From the NCBI GenBank assembly GCA_029820295.1, contig JALGVA010000006.1, positions 1,793-65,792 on the forward strand: 64,000 nucleotides of DNA, written 5' to 3'. Source of the DNA: Candidatus Zipacnadia bacterium. Its GTDB lineage: Bacteria; Armatimonadota; Zipacnadia; Zipacnadales; UBA5352. Shown here piece by piece: positions 34,341 to 42,576 of the stretch. A program made the translations under genes and the position numbers. The stretch's first letter is position 1. Each line of letters begins with the position of its first letter. The notes below the pieces were generated by a model. It saw only the letters and a program-made list of their open reading frames with translations, was not told the origin of the DNA and made no database searches.

Positions 34341-34765
34341 GTCGCGACCTCCCCGTCCTGTACCCATCCTTGCGTGCGGGGTATTCGGTGCCGGCGTGGC
34401 GCGACCTGCCTTCGGTGTCGCCGTAGCGTGCCCGGGCGAGGTGACGCTGCTGTCCTGGCGCGAGTGCGGGCCGCTACGTCGGTGCCCCGGCGATGGCCAG
34501 ATGGCGACGCCACCAGTTGGCGATCGGCACCGGCAGCCGCGCATTCAGCCCGGCGAAGGCCATGAAGGCGTGCAGCGCCCGCTCCGCCCGCTCGCGATCG
34601 CGCAGCAACTGCCGGCAATCCCGGCTGATGTGCAACGTGCGCCCGTGGGCCGTTGGGTGATCGGTGGTACGAACGACGGGCCGCGTGGTAACGCGGCCCC
34701 AACGGCCACGGACAGGCGCCCGGACCGTGGTGGTTCGGGCGCCTCGTGTCGGCATAGGAGCGCGC

Positions 34766-35740
34766 TCAGGGGGCGCCGGAGTCCTGAGGGCCCGGGAACA
34801 TCTCGCACATCCGCTCGTAGACGTCGTCGGGGATCTGCGCGTCCGCGGCCTTCAGGTTGTCCTCCAACTGGCTGACCCTGGTGACGCCGCTGATGACCGA
34901 GGTCACCGCCGGGTGGCGCAGGCACCAGGCCATCGAGAGCTGCGCGGCGGTCAGGCCCAGGTCCCCGGCCATCTCCGCGAGCGTCTGCACCCTGCGCAGG
35001 TTGTCGTCGCTCCAGTACATGTCCATCATGATCTGATTCTGCGTGTCATCGGCCGCGCGCGTGCCCGCCGGCGGCGGCTGCCCGGGCTGGTACTTGCCGG
35101 TGAGGACGCCGTGCGCCAGCGGGGAGAACACCACGTTGCCCAGGCCGGTGCGCAGGCAGGTCGGGTAGACCTCCTCCTCCGGGTCGCGCCACAGCAGCGA
35201 ATAGCGCGGCTGGTTGGAGACCGGCGGCCGGCAGCCCATCATCTTCGCCAGGTCCACCGCCTCCTGGATCATCGACGCCGGCCACTCCGAGACACCCCAG
35301 TAGAGGATCTTGCCCGCCCGGGCGAGGTCGTCCATGATGCGGATGGTCTCCTCGAGCGGCGTCTCCGGGTCGGGCCGATGGCACTGGTAGAGGTCGATGT
35401 AGTCGGTCTGCAGGCGCGCCAGCGACGCGTGGCACTGCTCGAAGACGTGCTTGGCCGACAGCCCGCGGTCGTTGGGGCCATCGCCCATGGGCGCCCACAC
35501 CTTGGTGGCCAGCACGTAGTCGTCACGGTCGTAGTCGCGCAGGATCTTGCCCAGGGCGATCTCCGCCTGGCCGTGGTTGTAGGCGTTGGCGGTGTCGATC
35601 CAGTTGATCCCGCCATCGAAGGCCACGCGCACGCACTCGGCTGCGGTCTCGTCATCGACGTGCATGCCGATGGTCAGGTAGCTGCCGAGGCCGATGGTGC
35701 TGATCTTGACTCCCCACTTGCCCAGATTGCGGTACTCCAT
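34766..35740 (-). CDS. aldo/keto reductase
   Basis: MEYRNLGKWGVKISTIGLGS, IDTANAYNHGQAE, DYIDLYQCHRPD, GVSEW. AGGAGGA SD. The track ORF extends far upstream spuriously. Confidence 0.9.
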   Translation of the reverse strand: MEYRNLGKWGVKISTIGLGSYLTIGMHVDDETAAECVRVAFDGGINWIDTANAYNHGQAEIALGKILRDYDRDDYVLATKVWAPMGDGPNDRGLSAKHVFEQCHASLARLQTDYIDLYQCHRPDPETPLEETIRIMDDLARAGKILYWGVSEWPASMIQEAVDLAKMMGCRPPVSNQPRYSLLWRDPEEEVYPTCLRTGLGNVVFSPLAHGVLTGKYQPGQPPPAGTRAADDTQNQIMMDMYWSDDNLRRVQTLAEMAGDLGLTAAQLSMAWCLRHPAVTSVISGVTRVSQLEDNLKAADAQIPDDVYERMCEMFPGPQDSGAP

Positions 35741-35953
35741 CGTGCATCCTCCTCTTCGTGAGCGACGGTGCGTACCTGTTTCGCCTCCGATGCGCGCGAG
35801 TCCTCTGAGGAGGCATTGCTGTGCAGTTGGGCGAAGTGAGCACCGGAAGCGTGCATCATGTGCGCAACATCGCACACGTGAGCCTTCTCCGCAGACTGCG
35901 TCCGCGTCGGCGAGGTAGTTCGCCGTTTGATTGTTAGTGAGGGAGGGCCGGTC

Positions 35954-36694
35954 ATGTCCCAGGATCGTCTTCAGGACGGACGTGCGTATGTCGCGCGCCT
36001 GCGCCAGCAGGGGCGCAGCGACGAGCAGATCCGTGAGGGCCTCAAGGCCTCGGGGTGGGGTGAGCAGGACATCGCGGCCTTGATGGCGGACCCCGGGCCG
36101 ACGCCGGCACCGGCGCCCGGGCCTGCAAGGGACCGACGGGCCGAAGCGGAGAAGGCCGGCTGGTCGCTGGAGGACAAGGTGCCGGAGGGCTACAAGCCGG
36201 CCGGCGTGCGGGAGGCGGTGCAGGCGCGGGTGGCGGCGGCGAGGCGGCCGCAGGTGAAGCGGCCGGGCGAGTTGACCTTCTTCATCGTGCTCGTGGATGT
36301 CGTCGCGATTCTGGGGGCGCTGGGTGCGGCCCTGATGGTGTTGGGGGGGATGGCGGTGACCGCCGGCGGCGCCAGATCGGGCGAAGCCCTCGCCGGCGCC
36401 ATGGGCGGGGTGATGCTCGTCTTCGGCCTGTTCATTGGAGTGATCTACCTGGGCGTACTGGTAGTCGGGCACTTCCTGTGGAACGGCACCAACTGGGCCC
36501 GCATCACCATGATGGTACTCATGGTCCTGACCGTCCTGCAGTCGCTCTACGGCCTGCTCGCCGGTATCCGCGGAGCGGCAGCCGTCGGCGGGGGTGGAGC
36601 GGTAAGCGCGATCGTCTCAGTGCTCACCCTGCTGATCGCCGGCCTGTTCATCGTGGTGCTGAACAAGCAGAACGTGAAGGACTACTGCAGCTAG
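35954..36694 (+). CDS. membrane protein with N-terminal soluble segment, unknown function
   Basis: ATG at 35954 is preceded by GGGAGGG. Four C-terminal hydrophobic helices. Confidence 0.6.
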   Translation: MSQDRLQDGRAYVARLRQQGRSDEQIREGLKASGWGEQDIAALMADPGPTPAPAPGPARDRRAEAEKAGWSLEDKVPEGYKPAGVREAVQARVAAARRPQVKRPGELTFFIVLVDVVAILGALGAALMVLGGMAVTAGGARSGEALAGAMGGVMLVFGLFIGVIYLGVLVVGHFLWNGTNWARITMMVLMVLTVLQSLYGLLAGIRGAAAVGGGGAVSAIVSVLTLLIAGLFIVVLNKQNVKDYCS

Positions 36695-36745
36695 CGAGCC
36701 TCGGCCGGGGGGGCCGGTCGCGGTCGAGGAGCGCGCTGCCTCCGG

Positions 36746-37861
36746 TCACGGAGGTCCGATCTCCTGGAAGGGCGCGGGCGGCGCGCCGCACAGCTCGCGG
36801 ATGCGGTTCATGAACCGCCAGAAAGGGGCGTAGTGGCAGATGGGCGGGAGGCCGTGGTCGATGCTGGGCAGGTAGCCGCCGTGGCGCAGCATCGCCGGGA
36901 CCTTGCCGTCCACTTCCGCCAGCGCGGTCGCGCCCGTCGGGTCGAGCATGGCGTGCTTGTCGAGGCCGCCGCAGATGATGAACTCGGGCAGCTCCGCGCG
37001 GATGCGGTGGATGTCCGAGCCGCCGTGGGTGGGCTCGAAGGCGTGGCACATGTTGACGCCCGCGTTCCACAGGCAGTGCACAAACTCGCTCACGTCCCCG
37101 TCGCAGTCGATGTCCACCACCGCCGCGCCGATGGAGCGCGCGAAGTCGGACACCTCGCGATAGTAGGGCGCCATGAACTCCTCAAAGGCGTCCGGCGAGA
37201 TGAGCATCCCCGAGCGGTAGCACATGTCCTCCCAGCCGCCGATGGCGTCGATCTGAATGCGCTGCGCGACCCATGCGGCCTGATCGAGGAACAGGTCGGT
37301 GACCGCGCGGTTCATCTCGTGGATGAGGGCGGGGTCATCGTGCATGAACCAGCAGACGCGGTCGAGGCCGAACCAGCTCCGCCAGCGCCCCCAGTAGCTC
37401 GGGCAGCTCACCAGCACCGGCTGGTCGGGCTGACTCTCGGGGATGGCGGGCCGGCCGCGGTCGGGGTGCGCCGGGTCGAGGCGCGGGCGCATCTCCTCCT
37501 CCCAGTCGCGCCTGTCCTCGAACATGTAGGTCGCGAACTGGGGCATGGTGTAGGTGCAGGCGTTGACCGCCAGCTCGCGCGTCTCGGCTTTGTACTGGCG
37601 GATGAGCACGTAGCCGTCGCCCAGGTCGATGCGCTCGACCGGGAAGTCGGGCACGAAGCCGGTGTGCAGGCCGATGGTATGGTAGCCCTCGGCGCCCCAG
37701 AACTCGACCAGCGACTCGTAGTCGCTGGGGTAGCCCTCCTCGCGCTGCCAGCGCGCCACGGTCTCGATGTGCGCGATGCCGATGCCCGGCGCGTACCAGT
37801 AGGGCACGTAGTCGGGCTGCTCGAAGTTCACGATGGCCAGGAAGCGCTCGCGAGTGGTCAC
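36746..37861 (-). CDS. uroporphyrinogen decarboxylase (URO-D) family protein, MtaA/CmuA-like subgroup possible
   Basis: 371 aa. The N-terminus MTTRERFLAIVNFEQPDYVPYW is typical of non-HemE URO-D family members. 4-nt overlap with the upstream MBL gene. Confidence 0.7.
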   Translation of the reverse strand: MTTRERFLAIVNFEQPDYVPYWYAPGIGIAHIETVARWQREEGYPSDYESLVEFWGAEGYHTIGLHTGFVPDFPVERIDLGDGYVLIRQYKAETRELAVNACTYTMPQFATYMFEDRRDWEEEMRPRLDPAHPDRGRPAIPESQPDQPVLVSCPSYWGRWRSWFGLDRVCWFMHDDPALIHEMNRAVTDLFLDQAAWVAQRIQIDAIGGWEDMCYRSGMLISPDAFEEFMAPYYREVSDFARSIGAAVVDIDCDGDVSEFVHCLWNAGVNMCHAFEPTHGGSDIHRIRAELPEFIICGGLDKHAMLDPTGATALAEVDGKVPAMLRHGGYLPSIDHGLPPICHYAPFWRFMNRIRELCGAPPAPFQEIGPP

Positions 37862-38643
37862 GCGCGGCCCTCCAGGGTCACGACCTCGCCGGGCCCGGGC
37901 AGGAAGGCATCCGCGAAGACTTCACTCGCCGCGGCCAGCAATTCCTCGCGGGCGCCACCGCCGATATGCACCAGCGCCAGCCGCCCGACCTTCGCGTCGC
38001 GGGCGATGCGGGCCGACTGCACGACGCTTGAGTGCCCGGAGGTGCTGTCGGCGGGCGGGTCGGTCAGGCCGGTCGAGCCCTCCATGATGAGCAGGTCCAC
38101 GCCACGGAAGAACTCGGCCAGCGCGGGCAGGTAGGCGGTGTCGCCGCTGATGCCGATGGTGGCGCCGGTCTGCGGGTCGAGGATGCGGTAGGCCAGCCCC
38201 TGGACCGGGTGCTGCGTGGGGGCGGTCTGCACCTCGAACTCGCCGATGGTCAGCGCCTCGCCGGGCGTCACCGCGATGACCTCGGGCGTGGTCTGCACGG
38301 CACTGAAGCGGTCCACCTGCAGGTATGCGCGCGCCAGCTCGACCACGCGCTCGATGTCCTCGGCGGGCCCGAAGATGCGCAGCTCCGCTGCGTCGCCGAG
38401 CCGGGCGCGCTGCATGCGCCGGAAGAACAACACGCTCGCCAGGCCCATGTAGTGGTCGTGATGGCAGTGTGTGATCAGCACGTCGGTGAGCTGCGTCGGG
38501 TCGTGGCCGGTGGGCAGCATCGACAGCGCCGCGCACCAGCCGCAGTCGATGAGCACGTGGCCGTTGAGCAGGAAGCAGGCGGTGTCATTGCCGGCGGGCG
38601 GAGTGCATCCCGCGGTCCCGATGAAGGTCAGCTCGGTGGGCAT
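37858..38643 (-). CDS. MBL-fold metallo-hydrolase
   Basis: HCHHDHYMG (HxHxDH) motif, and later GDT and H residues in the expected order. Confidence 0.85.
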   Translation of the reverse strand: MPTELTFIGTAGCTPPAGNDTACFLLNGHVLIDCGWCAALSMLPTGHDPTQLTDVLITHCHHDHYMGLASVLFFRRMQRARLGDAAELRIFGPAEDIERVVELARAYLQVDRFSAVQTTPEVIAVTPGEALTIGEFEVQTAPTQHPVQGLAYRILDPQTGATIGISGDTAYLPALAEFFRGVDLLIMEGSTGLTDPPADSTSGHSSVVQSARIARDAKVGRLALVHIGGGAREELLAAASEVFADAFLPGPGEVVTLEGRA

Positions 38644-39395
38644 GGATCAGCCTCCGTGTCCAGAGATTGCGGCTCCTCGGCGCTCCTTCCCCAGCCCGCG
38701 GCGATGCGCTCGAGACAGTCGGTCGGGTCGTAGTCGGCCGGGTCAACGCCCAGGCCGAGGTCGGCGCGGATGCGCGCCAACTCGTCGAGCTGCACGGGCG
38801 AGAACGGCTCGGCGCCGCCGAGCGCGCGGATGATGGCGGCGACCTGCGCGCCCTGCTCGACCCACTCCATGCGATGGTGGGCCTCCTGCAGGTCGCGGCC
38901 CACCGCCACCGGGCCGTGATTGCGCAGCAGGAAGGCGTCGGCGGTCGCGAGCAGCGGCAGCGCGACCTCGACCACCTCGGTGGTTCCGGGGCGGGCAAAG
39001 GGCGAGCACGGAACCTTGCCCAGCGCCACCGCCATCTCGGTCAGGTAGTGCATGGGCAGCGCCTCACCACGCGCGGCGAAGGCGGTGGCATGGGGCGGGT
39101 GGGCGTGGACCACCGCCTGCACATCGCGACGCGCGCAGTAGCACGCGAGGTGCAGCATGGCCTCCGAGGAGGGCCGGCCGTCGCCGATGATGCGGCCATC
39201 GGGCGTGAGGCGCACGAGGTCCTCGGGGGCCATGAAGCCCTTGGAGACGCCGGTGGGCGTGCACAGGATGGTGCCATCGGCGAGGCGGGCGGAGATGTTG
39301 CCGTCGATGGCGGCGACCATGTTGCGCCGCCACAGGCGGCGGCCGACCTCGCAGATGGCCTCACGCAGCTCGGAGTCGGTGGGCATGGCAGATCC
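38628..39395 (-). CDS. class II aldolase/adducin family protein
   Basis: Start MPTDSELREAICEVGRRL (ATG 39393-39395, GAGGA SD). GNISARL, TPTGVSKG, VVHAHPPHATAF zinc-ligand region. 16-nt overlap with the downstream MBL gene. Confidence 0.85.
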   Translation of the reverse strand, partial: GSAMPTDSELREAICEVGRRLWRRNMVAAIDGNISARLADGTILCTPTGVSKGFMAPEDLVRLTPDGRIIGDGRPSSEAMLHLACYCARRDVQAVVHAHPPHATAFAARGEALPMHYLTEMAVALGKVPCSPFARPGTTEVVEVALPLLATADAFLLRNHGPVAVGRDLQEAHHRMEWVEQGAQVAAIIRALGGAEPFSPVQLDELARIRADLGLGVDPADYDPTDCLERIAAGWGRSAEEPQSLDTEADPCPPS

Positions 39396-39487
39396 TCGGC
39401 CGACATGACGTCGTCGTTGCGTTCTACGGGCGCCCTCGCCCGCCCGCTCGTCCCGCCCCCGGTTTCCCGGTTGCCGGATGCCGGCCC

Positions 39488-40459
39488 TCACACGTCTGCG
39501 ATCATCACCGGCTCGCCGGTCTGGGCGGACTTGTTCGCGGCGATGCTCACCGCCAGCGACTTCACGCCATCGGAGTAGTCGGACAGGATGCCCGAGGCAT
39601 CGCCGGTGGCGACCGCGTTCACGAACCCCTCGCTCTCGCGGAAGTGCGCCGCGATCGGCTGGAAGGTCCTGGTCTCGGCGCCGGCGGAGGTGCGCAGCTC
39701 GAAGTTGGACTGGTCGAAGATCACGGTCTTCCGGTCGCCGATGACGACCAACCCGTTCTTCCAGCCCGGCGGCACGCACGAGTTGGTGATGTTGCCGATG
39801 GCGCCGCTCGCGAAGCGCAGGTTGACCGTGCCCACGTCGGGCACCGAGATGTTCTCGACATCGGTCATCACGCGCAGCGCCATCTCGGCAGAGACGCGCT
39901 CCACCTCGCCCGCGAGGTAGCGCGCCATGTCGATGATGTGCGTGGTCTGCTCCAGGATCTGACCGCCCGACTGGTCCTGCACCCGCCACCACGCCACGCC
40001 CGGCAGGCCGCCCATCCACCAGCCCAGCACCATGCCGATGGTGCCGCCGGCAAGGGCTTCGCGCGCCCATTTCGCGGTGTCGTGGTAACGCCAGTGGTAG
40101 GCCGCGCAACTGATGACGCCCGCGTCGGCGATGGCGGCCTCGATCTCGCGCGCCTTGTCCATAGTCAGCGCCAGCGGCTTCTCGACGAACAGCGCCAGCC
40201 CCGCCTGCGCCGCCAGAATCTCCTGGTCGGTGTGGGCGAATGGGGGCAGGCAGACGTACACCGCGTCCATCTCGACGCCATCATACATCGCGCGGTAATC
40301 GGCGAAGGCCTTGCCGCCGTACTGGTCGGCGGCCTTCCGGGCCTTCTCCTCCACGATGTCGCTGAAGGCGACCATCTCCGCGCCGTCGATCTTGACGAGG
40401 TTCTGCATGTGCGCGTTGGCGATGCCGCCGCAACCGACGAACCCGATCCTGACAGACAT
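39488..40459 (-). CDS. Gfo/Idh/MocA family oxidoreductase
   Basis: MSVRIGFVGCGGIANAHM Rossmann start (ATG 40457-40459, GAGGGAGGA SD). LFVEKP motif. Confidence 0.85.
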   Translation of the reverse strand: MSVRIGFVGCGGIANAHMQNLVKIDGAEMVAFSDIVEEKARKAADQYGGKAFADYRAMYDGVEMDAVYVCLPPFAHTDQEILAAQAGLALFVEKPLALTMDKAREIEAAIADAGVISCAAYHWRYHDTAKWAREALAGGTIGMVLGWWMGGLPGVAWWRVQDQSGGQILEQTTHIIDMARYLAGEVERVSAEMALRVMTDVENISVPDVGTVNLRFASGAIGNITNSCVPPGWKNGLVVIGDRKTVIFDQSNFELRTSAGAETRTFQPIAAHFRESEGFVNAVATGDASGILSDYSDGVKSLAVSIAANKSAQTGEPVMIADV

Positions 40460-40521
40460 CCTCGTGTCCTCCCTCTCGATCTGTCCGGGCACGCGGGAGC
40501 GGCCCGGTCTCTGACGGTAAT

Positions 40522-40546
40522 GCGCCGCCTAGTTCGCAGGCGGCGC
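40522..40546. other. perfect 9-bp hairpin in the operon leader
   Basis: gcgccgcct-agttcgc-aggcggcgc, located between the heptamer repeat and the start of the Gfo-family gene. Confidence 0.5.
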
Positions 40547-40566
40547 GACGATACCTGCAGCGGGGC

Positions 40567-40629
40567 CGGGAAGCGGGAAGCGGGGATCGGGAATCGGCAA
40601 TCGGCAATGGGCAATGGGCAATCGGGAAC
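40567..40629. repeat. tandem heptanucleotide repeat, 9 units
   Basis: cgggaag cgggaag cggggat cgggaat cggcaat cggcaat gggcaat gggcaat cgggaac. The units drift stepwise along the array. Confidence 0.85.
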
Positions 40630-40655
40630 GGCGACGGCGAGGAGCCGGGCAGGCG

Positions 40656-41345
40656 CTACGTCGAGAGCCATCCTTCCAGCTCCCCCACGATCGCCCGCAC
40701 CGCATGCTTCGCCTCATCGAAGCGCCGCGCGCGATGCAACGGGAGGACCTCATCGGCGTGGCGGACGGCGAAGCGCTGCTGGATCTGATTATCCACCACC
40801 GGCACGCGCAGTGAACGAATCTCGTCGAAGCTCAGGTTCGCTGGGCCCACGCCGTTGAGCAGGCGGTGGATCTGCGCCCAGCCGAAGCGCGTGCGCAGGA
40901 AGGCCGCCGCGAAGTCAGGCTCGATGCCCTGCAGCCGCACCAGGTCCACGAAGCAGTCGACCACGGCCGGCGTGTCCTCGTGGTAGACCGCAAGCCGGTT
41001 CTTCTCGAGCGACCCCGCGCCTGAGCGCGCGATGAGCAGATCACCAGGTTGCACGCGCGCGCGCTCGATGCCCCAGGGCGAGTCGGCCGGGACGCGCGCC
41101 AGGCCATCGAGATCGACGCCACTGGCCAGCAGCGCGCCCTGGCCGATGAGCGCCGGACCCTCGGGGGCGGCGGGCGCGCGCTGCCCGGTGACGATCGCCC
41201 CGTAGGTGATGTGCGTGATGAACTCGCCCAGCGGCGCCAGCGGCGTCGCGCACTCGGCGAGGATCGCGTCGTACGCCGGGTGCCAGTAGCCCGGGTCGAG
41301 GCGCTCGACGAGACGGTCGTCCTGGGGGCGGCGGGCGATGAACAC
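40656..41345 (-). CDS. solitary half-size type I restriction-modification specificity (HsdS-like, single TRD) protein
   Basis: GTG 41343-41345 with AGGGAGA 7 nt upstream. RLDPGYWHP, LGEFITHITYG, VQPGDLLIARSG, FLRTRFGWAQIHRLLNGVGPANLSFDEIRSLRVPV and the following Q-containing helix match the Methylase_S pattern. Confidence 0.6.
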   Translation of the reverse strand: MFIARRPQDDRLVERLDPGYWHPAYDAILAECATPLAPLGEFITHITYGAIVTGQRAPAAPEGPALIGQGALLASGVDLDGLARVPADSPWGIERARVQPGDLLIARSGAGSLEKNRLAVYHEDTPAVVDCFVDLVRLQGIEPDFAAAFLRTRFGWAQIHRLLNGVGPANLSFDEIRSLRVPVVDNQIQQRFAVRHADEVLPLHRARRFDEAKHAVRAIVGELEGWLST

Positions 41346-41490
41346 GCTGGCGTCTCCCTGCTGGTGGTCGCGACGGCGATGGAGGATATTCGCCGGAAGG
41401 GGGCGAAGCGCCTGTGCACGGAGGATGAGGACCCGGCCGCGCGCCACGCGCGCAGGACGCTGGGGCCAGCAACCAAGGAGGGTGTGCGCG

Positions 41491-42411
41491 ATGGCCTTCA
41501 TGCCGGCGCTCGCGAAGTTCATCGACTTTCAGGATGCGCAGGAGTGTGCTCGCGTCCGCGCGATCACCAGGGAGCAGATCACGCAACACGCCAACCCGGA
41601 CTTCCAGATCCGCGTGATCGAGGACGCCGCCGAGTTCTATGGCGCCTTCGCCACCGACATCGTGATGCGCATCATCCAGGCGCGCGACGAGGGGCGGCAG
41701 TGCGTGCTGATCCTGCCGGTCGGGCCGGTGCCGCAGTACGCGGTCGCCGCCGGGATCATCAACCGCCTCGGGATCGACTGCAGCCACCTCGTGACCTTCA
41801 ACATGGACGAGTACGCCGACGAGAACGGGCAGACCGCGCCTGCGGACTGGGAGGGCTCGTTCGCGACCGCGATGTGGGCCAACCTGTTCGGGCGTATCGA
41901 CGAGAAGCTGCGCCCGAAGCAGGAGAACATCCACTTCCCCAACAGCGACAACATCGGCGACTACTCGAAGATGATCGCCGACACCGGCGGCGCGGACTGC
42001 TGCTACGGCGGCATCGGCTGGTGCGGCCACATTGCCTTCTGGGAGTCGAGCCTGGGCAGCGAGTTCGAGACCATGGAGGAATACAAGGCGGCGACCGCGC
42101 GCATCGTCGAGTTGACGCCGATGACCATCATGCAGAACGCCCTGCACAGCTTCGGCGGCGACTGGTCGTGGGTGCCGCCCAAGGCCGCGACCATCGCGCC
42201 GGCGGACATCATGGGCGCGAAGCACCGCAGCTTCTGGCTGGACGGCATGTGCGGCCCGGCCACGCCCATGAGTTGGCAGCGCTTCATCGCTCGGCTGGTC
42301 GCGCACGGCCCGGTCAACAAGTTCGTGCCGGGCTCGATCCTGCAGGACGCGCGCACCGACTACACGCTGCTGGGCGGCGTGGCCGACAACGTCGAGATCG
42401 ACATGTCGTAG
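41491..42411 (+). CDS. glucosamine-6-phosphate deaminase / 6-phosphogluconolactonase (NagB/SugarP isomerase) family protein
   Basis: ATG 41491 with AAGGAGGG 8 nt upstream. LILPVGPVP, FNMDEY, GGIGWCGHIAFWE motifs. Confidence 0.75.
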   Translation: MAFMPALAKFIDFQDAQECARVRAITREQITQHANPDFQIRVIEDAAEFYGAFATDIVMRIIQARDEGRQCVLILPVGPVPQYAVAAGIINRLGIDCSHLVTFNMDEYADENGQTAPADWEGSFATAMWANLFGRIDEKLRPKQENIHFPNSDNIGDYSKMIADTGGADCCYGGIGWCGHIAFWESSLGSEFETMEEYKAATARIVELTPMTIMQNALHSFGGDWSWVPPKAATIAPADIMGAKHRSFWLDGMCGPATPMSWQRFIARLVAHGPVNKFVPGSILQDARTDYTLLGGVADNVEIDMS

Positions 42412-42441
42412 CGATCGCGGCGGGCACCAACAGAATCAACA

Positions 42442-42469
42442 GCGGCGGAGCCGGGGAGGGCTCCGCCGC
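42442..42469. terminator. bidirectional hairpin between convergent genes
   Basis: gcggcggagcc-ggggag-ggctccgccgc, a perfect 11-bp stem. Confidence 0.5.
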
Positions 42470-42576
42470 GTCGTCTACCTGGTGACCGCCCGGCGACTTC
42501 GCTGCTGCGCGCCCCATGCAGGACGCGGAGGGAACGGCAGATGGCCCGCCCGTCGCGCCGGGGGGATGGCGCGTGA

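Noticed and set aside
40567-40629. Possible CRISPR array or minisatellite-encoded peptide.
   Set aside because: The units are only 7 nt with no spacers, and no cas genes are present. The stretch is a simple tandem heptamer array. No credible ORF spans it.
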